The notes beneath the pieces were generated by a model. That model was not told the DNA's origin and did not search any database. It saw nothing but the letters and a program-made list of their open reading frames with translations. A program made the translations under genes and the position numbers. A stretch of 64,000 nt of DNA. Source: an uncultured Verrucomicrobiae bacterium. GTDB taxonomy: Bacteria > Verrucomicrobiota > Verrucomicrobiia > Chthoniobacterales > UBA10450. Of the stretch, positions 59,709 to 64,000 are shown piece after piece. The stretch covers positions 576,001 through 640,000 of the forward strand of contig CAWFGO010000002.1 of NCBI GenBank assembly GCA_963815455.1. The letters are read 5' to 3'. Position 1 is the first letter of the stretch, and each line of letters starts with the position of its first letter.

Positions 59709-60290
59709 CTATGTCGAGCGCCTGCGGCTCTTTTTTGCGCGGTGAGTCAAACGCGCCCGGGTCATCCGCTCGCGGAGACCGCCTTCCTCTAGGAAATCGT
59801 TTTCCAGCCTACGGAGCAGTTGGTCGAGGAGAAAGTTTGCCTGGTGAATCAAGCAAATGAGAATATTTGCCACCACTTCGGGCGGGCGCGTTTCGACATA
59901 CGTCTCATAAGTCCTATATGTCACATCCTCTTTTCTGCCAAGCCTTCGCACAAACAACGCCTCCCGGCAGTTCTTCTCCCAAAGCCGCATCTTTCGCACT
60001 CTTAAAAAATCCAAATAGTCCTCGATAAGTTCTTGCAGGCTGGCTCGAGCCACACCGGTTAACTTAATCTCCGCTTCTTTGGATGTCGCCGAAGCCAAGC
60101 TACCCTCGATAATATTTTGTTTTCCCGAGCGCGCGGCTTGCACCATCTGGTCAACTGTGCGGTCCCGTTTGTCCAAAAACCGCTCGCAGAATCTCACCGT
60201 GGCCTGAAAAACGATCAGCGCTTTTTGGTAAGCAACAAGATCCTCATATCCGCCATGCGGCGGGATAAAACCTTCAGGCTCACCAGGCAT
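59709..60290 (-). CDS. Four-helix-bundle protein with suffix domain (TIGR02436/TIGR04258-like)
   Basis: HGGYEDL.AYQ, RTVDQMVQAARSGKQNIIEGS, VARASLQELIEDY and DFLEEGGLRERMTRAR. Confidence 0.9.
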   Translation of the reverse strand: MPGEPEGFIPPHGGYEDLVAYQKALIVFQATVRFCERFLDKRDRTVDQMVQAARSGKQNIIEGSLASATSKEAEIKLTGVARASLQELIEDYLDFLRVRKMRLWEKNCREALFVRRLGRKEDVTYRTYETYVETRPPEVVANILICLIHQANFLLDQLLRRLENDFLEEGGLRERMTRARLTHRAKKSRRRST

Positions 60291-60317
60291 ATGTCCCATT
60301 TGTCACATAGGTCCCAT
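60288..60317. repeat. Inverted 9-mer tandem array, upstream flank of the four-helix-bundle gene
   Basis: Reverse complement reads ATGGGACCT ATGTGACAA ATGGGACAT ATG. Confidence 0.8.
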
Positions 60318-62189
60318 CTATAGCAACCGTCGCTTATCGCCCACCCGTCGGGTAACGCCATCGCGGTCCAGCAATTCGAGCAACGGCACAATGATTCGCC
60401 GCGATGTTTGCAGTTCCTGGCGCAACTGGCTCACGGTAGCTGCGCCCTGCCCTGAAATAAATCGCGAGATCGCACTTTTCATTTGGGCGAAGGCTGACCG
60501 CGTTAGGAAGGTTTCGGGGACAAGTTCAACAATCTCGCCCTGTTCGATCAAAAATTTCATCGCTTTGCGCGATTCCGGATCGTCTTGCTTTTGATTCGGC
60601 GGATCGAACGGTTTAACCGAGAGACTGGCGACGATCTCCTGCGCGGCGTTCTTAAGCGCGGGCGGCAGCGCCGGAGAATGTGTGCGCAGCGCGATAGCGG
60701 ATCCAACGCGAGCAATATCTTTGCAGGCAAGATCGACAAGCAGGGCGTCGAAAGCCTCCTGCGAAAGGCCGGGAAGTTTTGCGCGCAGGTCGCTCAGTTC
60801 CATGCCAACCCGCTCGGGATACGTTTGATGCTCGGCTTGAACGAATGCGAGGACGCGATCGCGAAGCTCTTGCCACACACCAATATCGGCGGCGATCTTT
60901 CCGTTCGAAAAAATCTTTCCGCGCTGTTGCAGCCGGGTCAGCGCCGCGCCCACTTCCCCGGCACTGAAATGCGATCTGCCCAGCAGATTTTCAGACACGA
61001 TCGCACCGCGGCGCGCGATTTCCGTTTCCAGGCAAGTGTCAACATCTTCAAACGCAGTCGCGCGCGCCGTGAGCAGTTCGCGTTGCGCGTCGCTCCGGAA
61101 TTTTCTTTCGTCCCCATCCGGATCGAGCACGACTCCGCCGGCGATCGTGTGTTGTTCGGAGGGATCTCGCAGAACGAATTGATCGCCGAGAAAGGTGAGA
61201 ACGGGCGAGCCCAGCCGCAGCTGCGCCAGGGCATTTTCCCCGCCGGGCAACGCTTCCCTGTCGAGAAAAATCACTTTTGCCGGCACCCGCGACGTGCCGT
61301 GGTGCAAATAGGCGGACGCGCCGGACTTGAGTGGCGCTGCCCGCCGCAAACGGGGTGATCGGCTTAGAACAACATCAAGCGTTGCAGTCGGCTCGAATCC
61401 TTCAATCGCGACAACGTCGCCACGGACGACTTGTTCGCCGACGGCCACGTCCGGAAGATTGAGTGCCGTGCGCATCCCAGGTCCGGCAAGATCGACATCT
61501 TCCCCATGGGTTTGAATCGAACGGATGCGCGCGGCAAAGTTACGTGGCTGTACAACGACGGCATCGCCGCGACGGAGAGTCCCCCCGGTTAAGGTGCCGG
61601 TCACGACCGTGCCGATTCCGTGAAGCGTGAACACTCGATCGATGGACAAGCGCGGTTTGCCGATGTCGCGCTGCGGTTGCATTCCCGCGAGTTCGACGGC
61701 AAGCGCGCTTCTCAGATCCTCAATTCCTTCGTCGGTTCGAACCGAAGTTGGAATGATCGCAGATTGGGCAAGAGCGGTCCCGTGAAGTTGTTCTCGAATT
61801 TGTCCAGCCACCGAGTCGATGTTCCCCAAATCGCTTTTTGTCAGCGCGATCACTGCGCGTTGAACACCTAAGTATGTCAGAATCTGCAAATGCTCCTCTG
61901 TTTGCGGCATCCAACCATCATCCGCGGCGACAACCAAAAGCGCGAGATCGATCGAGCCAACCCCAGCGATCATGTTGCGGACGAAGTCCTCGTGACCGGG
62001 AACATCGACAATTCCTGCGTGAATGCCTTGGCCGAGATTCAACTCCGCAAAACCGAGGTCGATTGTTATTTGCCGCGCCCTTTCCTCAGGCAGCCGATCG
62101 GGATCAGTTCCCGTCAGCGCTTTGACCAACGCGCTCTTGCCATGATCGACGTGACCGGCAGTGGCGATGATGTAATGACGCGCTGTCAC
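60318..62189 (-). CDS. selB: Selenocysteine-specific elongation factor
   Basis: TAGHVDHGKS, DRLPEE, ITIDLGFA, DVPGHE, MPQTEEH and C-terminal SRRIIVPLLELLD...RVGDKR winged helix. Confidence 0.95.
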   Translation of the reverse strand: MTARHYIIATAGHVDHGKSALVKALTGTDPDRLPEERARQITIDLGFAELNLGQGIHAGIVDVPGHEDFVRNMIAGVGSIDLALLVVAADDGWMPQTEEHLQILTYLGVQRAVIALTKSDLGNIDSVAGQIREQLHGTALAQSAIIPTSVRTDEGIEDLRSALAVELAGMQPQRDIGKPRLSIDRVFTLHGIGTVVTGTLTGGTLRRGDAVVVQPRNFAARIRSIQTHGEDVDLAGPGMRTALNLPDVAVGEQVVRGDVVAIEGFEPTATLDVVLSRSPRLRRAAPLKSGASAYLHHGTSRVPAKVIFLDREALPGGENALAQLRLGSPVLTFLGDQFVLRDPSEQHTIAGGVVLDPDGDERKFRSDAQRELLTARATAFEDVDTCLETEIARRGAIVSENLLGRSHFSAGEVGAALTRLQQRGKIFSNGKIAADIGVWQELRDRVLAFVQAEHQTYPERVGMELSDLRAKLPGLSQEAFDALLVDLACKDIARVGSAIALRTHSPALPPALKNAAQEIVASLSVKPFDPPNQKQDDPESRKAMKFLIEQGEIVELVPETFLTRSAFAQMKSAISRFISGQGAATVSQLRQELQTSRRIIVPLLELLDRDGVTRRVGDKRRLL

Positions 62190-63547
62190 ACTGTGCACGC
62201 CGCCCGAATCGCATCGACTACGAGATCATCCTGGTGCGGGAAAATTGTGCGCAGATCGAGCTTGAAACGATCGTCGGCGATGTAACCGATGACCGGCGGA
62301 CTTGCGGCACGCATGTTCTTTGCGAAATCTACGACCGAACCGTTTCCAGGAAGGATGTCGATGGTAATCGAGGACATGATCGACCGCGGCAATGTCCCAC
62401 CGCCGACCTTGGCTTTGCCTCGCCCGACCGCAATTTGCAGCGGTAGTCCCTTCAACCGCGAAAAAATGGCGGCTGCGCGGGCGCGCAGTTCATCTTTAGA
62501 AATCTGCAACAACGCGAGCGCCGGGATTTCGCCACTCGATTGATTGAGATGAAGATCGACGGTGGATTGCAGCGCGGCCAGGCAAAGTTTGTCGCAGCGC
62601 AGCGCGCGAAACAACGGTTCGCGTCTGAGCGCGGCAACGAAGCGCCTTTTCCCGGCGATGATTCCCGCCTGCGGTCCACCGAATAATTTATCGCCGCTGA
62701 AACAAACGAGATCGGCCCCGTTCTTCAACGCTTCGGCCGGCGTCGGCTCGTGTTCGTCAACTCCCAGTCGTTCCGATTCAACGATCGCGCCGCTTCCCAA
62801 ATCCTCCACGAACGGGACGCGCTTCTTTCGCGCGAGCGCAACGATCTCCGCCGATGAAGGCGATTCCACGAAACCGCTCATGAAAAAATTGCTACGGTGA
62901 ACTTTCAGAATCATTGCGGTGTCGCGTCCGATAGCGCGCGCATAATCGTTCAACGTGGTCTTGTTGGTCGCCCCGATCTCGCGCAGTTTGCCGCCGGCCG
63001 CTTCGATGATTTCCCCAATCCGAAAACCGCCACCGATCTGGACCATTTCACCCCGCGAGACGACAACATCGGATTTGGTCCTGGTAAAATGCTGCACGAT
63101 CAGAACCAGCGCGGCGGCGCAGTTATTTACGATGGCAACTGCTTCGGCGCCGCACAGTACGGCAATCGCATTCTCGATGTAGACGCCACGCTTGCCGCGT
63201 CCGCCCGTCACGAGATCGAATTCGAGATTCGAGTAACCGGCACCGGTCTCGGTGAGCGCACGAATTGTCTCCGGAGCGAGCGGCGCCCGCCCGAAGTTGG
63301 TATGAATGACGATGCCAGTCCCGTTGATAACCGGTTGAACGCGTCCGGCTCGAAGTTCCTCGAGCGAGCCGCGGACAAGATCGACAATGGATTCGACCGC
63401 GGGAACTTTCCCCCCGGCCCGAATGTTTGAAAGCTGGCGGCGAACAAGATCGACAACCAACGGACGCGGCAAGTCGATCGGCCCCATCGCGTCCAGCACT
63501 TTGGTGACCGCTGGAATATCGCGCCGCGTTGCTATTCGCTTATGCAT
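62186..63547 (-). CDS. selA: L-seryl-tRNA(Sec) selenium transferase
   Basis: VINGTGIVIHTNFGRAPL, VNNCAAA, SRGEMVQIGGGFRI, KVHRSNF and FSGDKLFGGPQAG. Confidence 0.96.
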   Translation of the reverse strand: MHKRIATRRDIPAVTKVLDAMGPIDLPRPLVVDLVRRQLSNIRAGGKVPAVESIVDLVRGSLEELRAGRVQPVINGTGIVIHTNFGRAPLAPETIRALTETGAGYSNLEFDLVTGGRGKRGVYIENAIAVLCGAEAVAIVNNCAAALVLIVQHFTRTKSDVVVSRGEMVQIGGGFRIGEIIEAAGGKLREIGATNKTTLNDYARAIGRDTAMILKVHRSNFFMSGFVESPSSAEIVALARKKRVPFVEDLGSGAIVESERLGVDEHEPTPAEALKNGADLVCFSGDKLFGGPQAGIIAGKRRFVAALRREPLFRALRCDKLCLAALQSTVDLHLNQSSGEIPALALLQISKDELRARAAAIFSRLKGLPLQIAVGRGKAKVGGGTLPRSIMSSITIDILPGNGSVVDFAKNMRAASPPVIGYIADDRFKLDLRTIFPHQDDLVVDAIRAACTV

Positions 63548-64000
63548 AAGAGCGGCTCCCTCGCCGAAACAACTTTGCCGATCACTGCGGCACAAGGCAC
63601 CCGACGCCGTTTCAAAAGGTTCCGCACTTTCTCCCAGCGGCTCGGCTTCACGCACAGAAGCAAGCCACCGCTGGTTTGCGCGTCGGTAAGGAGAATTCGT
63701 CGGATCGAAGACGTTTTTCCCCAATCGACAATCTTGTTCGCAGCTTTCAAGTTGTCGCTGCTACCCCCAGGAATACAATCGCGTCCGATCAACTCGAAAA
63801 CTTCTTTGTCGATGGCGGGAACTTGATCTGCGGAAATTTCAGCACTCACCCCGCTGGCCCGGCACATCGATCCGAGATGACCGAGCAATCCAAATCCGGT
63901 GATGTCGATCGCGGCTCGAATCAGGTCGCGTTCCGCCAGATCCGCGCCCACAGAATTAATTTTTGTCATGAGCGAGATGGTTTTCGCCGCCAGCGCGCGC
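63532..64000 (-). CDS. selD: Selenide, water dikinase, C-terminal part
   Basis: DITGFGLLGH and DAQTSGGLL; directly upstream of selA. Confidence 0.92.
   Translation of the reverse strand, partial: RALAAKTISLMTKINSVGADLAERDLIRAAIDITGFGLLGHLGSMCRASGVSAEISADQVPAIDKEVFELIGRDCIPGGSSDNLKAANKIVDWGKTSSIRRILLTDAQTSGGLLLCVKPSRWEKVRNLLKRRRVPCAAVIGKVVSAREPLLCISE

Noticed and set aside
1..60000. Selenoprotein read-through explaining broken ORFs
   Set aside because: The breaks I examined change reading frame rather than being in-frame UGA at Cys positions.
59709..60290. Diversity-generating retroelement (Avd-like gene)
   Set aside because: No reverse transcriptase gene, and I saw no TR/VR pair differing at adenines in the window.

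Overview
GC-rich bacterial chromosome segment. Gene content and order (RNase HIII, split coaC/coaB, HemQ-type enzyme, TMTC-like TPR membrane protein, AddAB, selD-selA-selB) suggest a soil Verrucomicrobiota, Chthoniobacterales-like genome; this is an inference. Most of it is housekeeping: pdhABC, rpsT, yicC-gmk-coaC-coaB, suhB-ispF-cysS, tRNA-Ser(GGA), gcvTH, xseB-dxs, scpA, rodA, an ABC/MFP/2xTolC exporter, ino1, addAB and the Sec machinery. About a dozen genes carry 1-nt frameshifts, most likely long-read consensus errors. The most interesting structure lies between and inside the genes. (1) A two-cassette integron array with canonical attC sites and no adjacent integrase (45203-46248). (2) A four-helix-bundle gene bracketed by inverted arrays of 9-mer repeats that fills exactly the space between the selB stop and the addB start; a decayed copy and gene-less heptamer arrays occur at other gene junctions. 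(3) REP-like palindromes read in frame inside pdhC (both linkers) and gcvT. (4) A Y1 HUH transposase embedded in its own REP-like repeat array. (5) An apparently stand-alone unit encoding a 19-aa Lys-rich peptide. All calls come from reading motifs by eye; no database searches were run.
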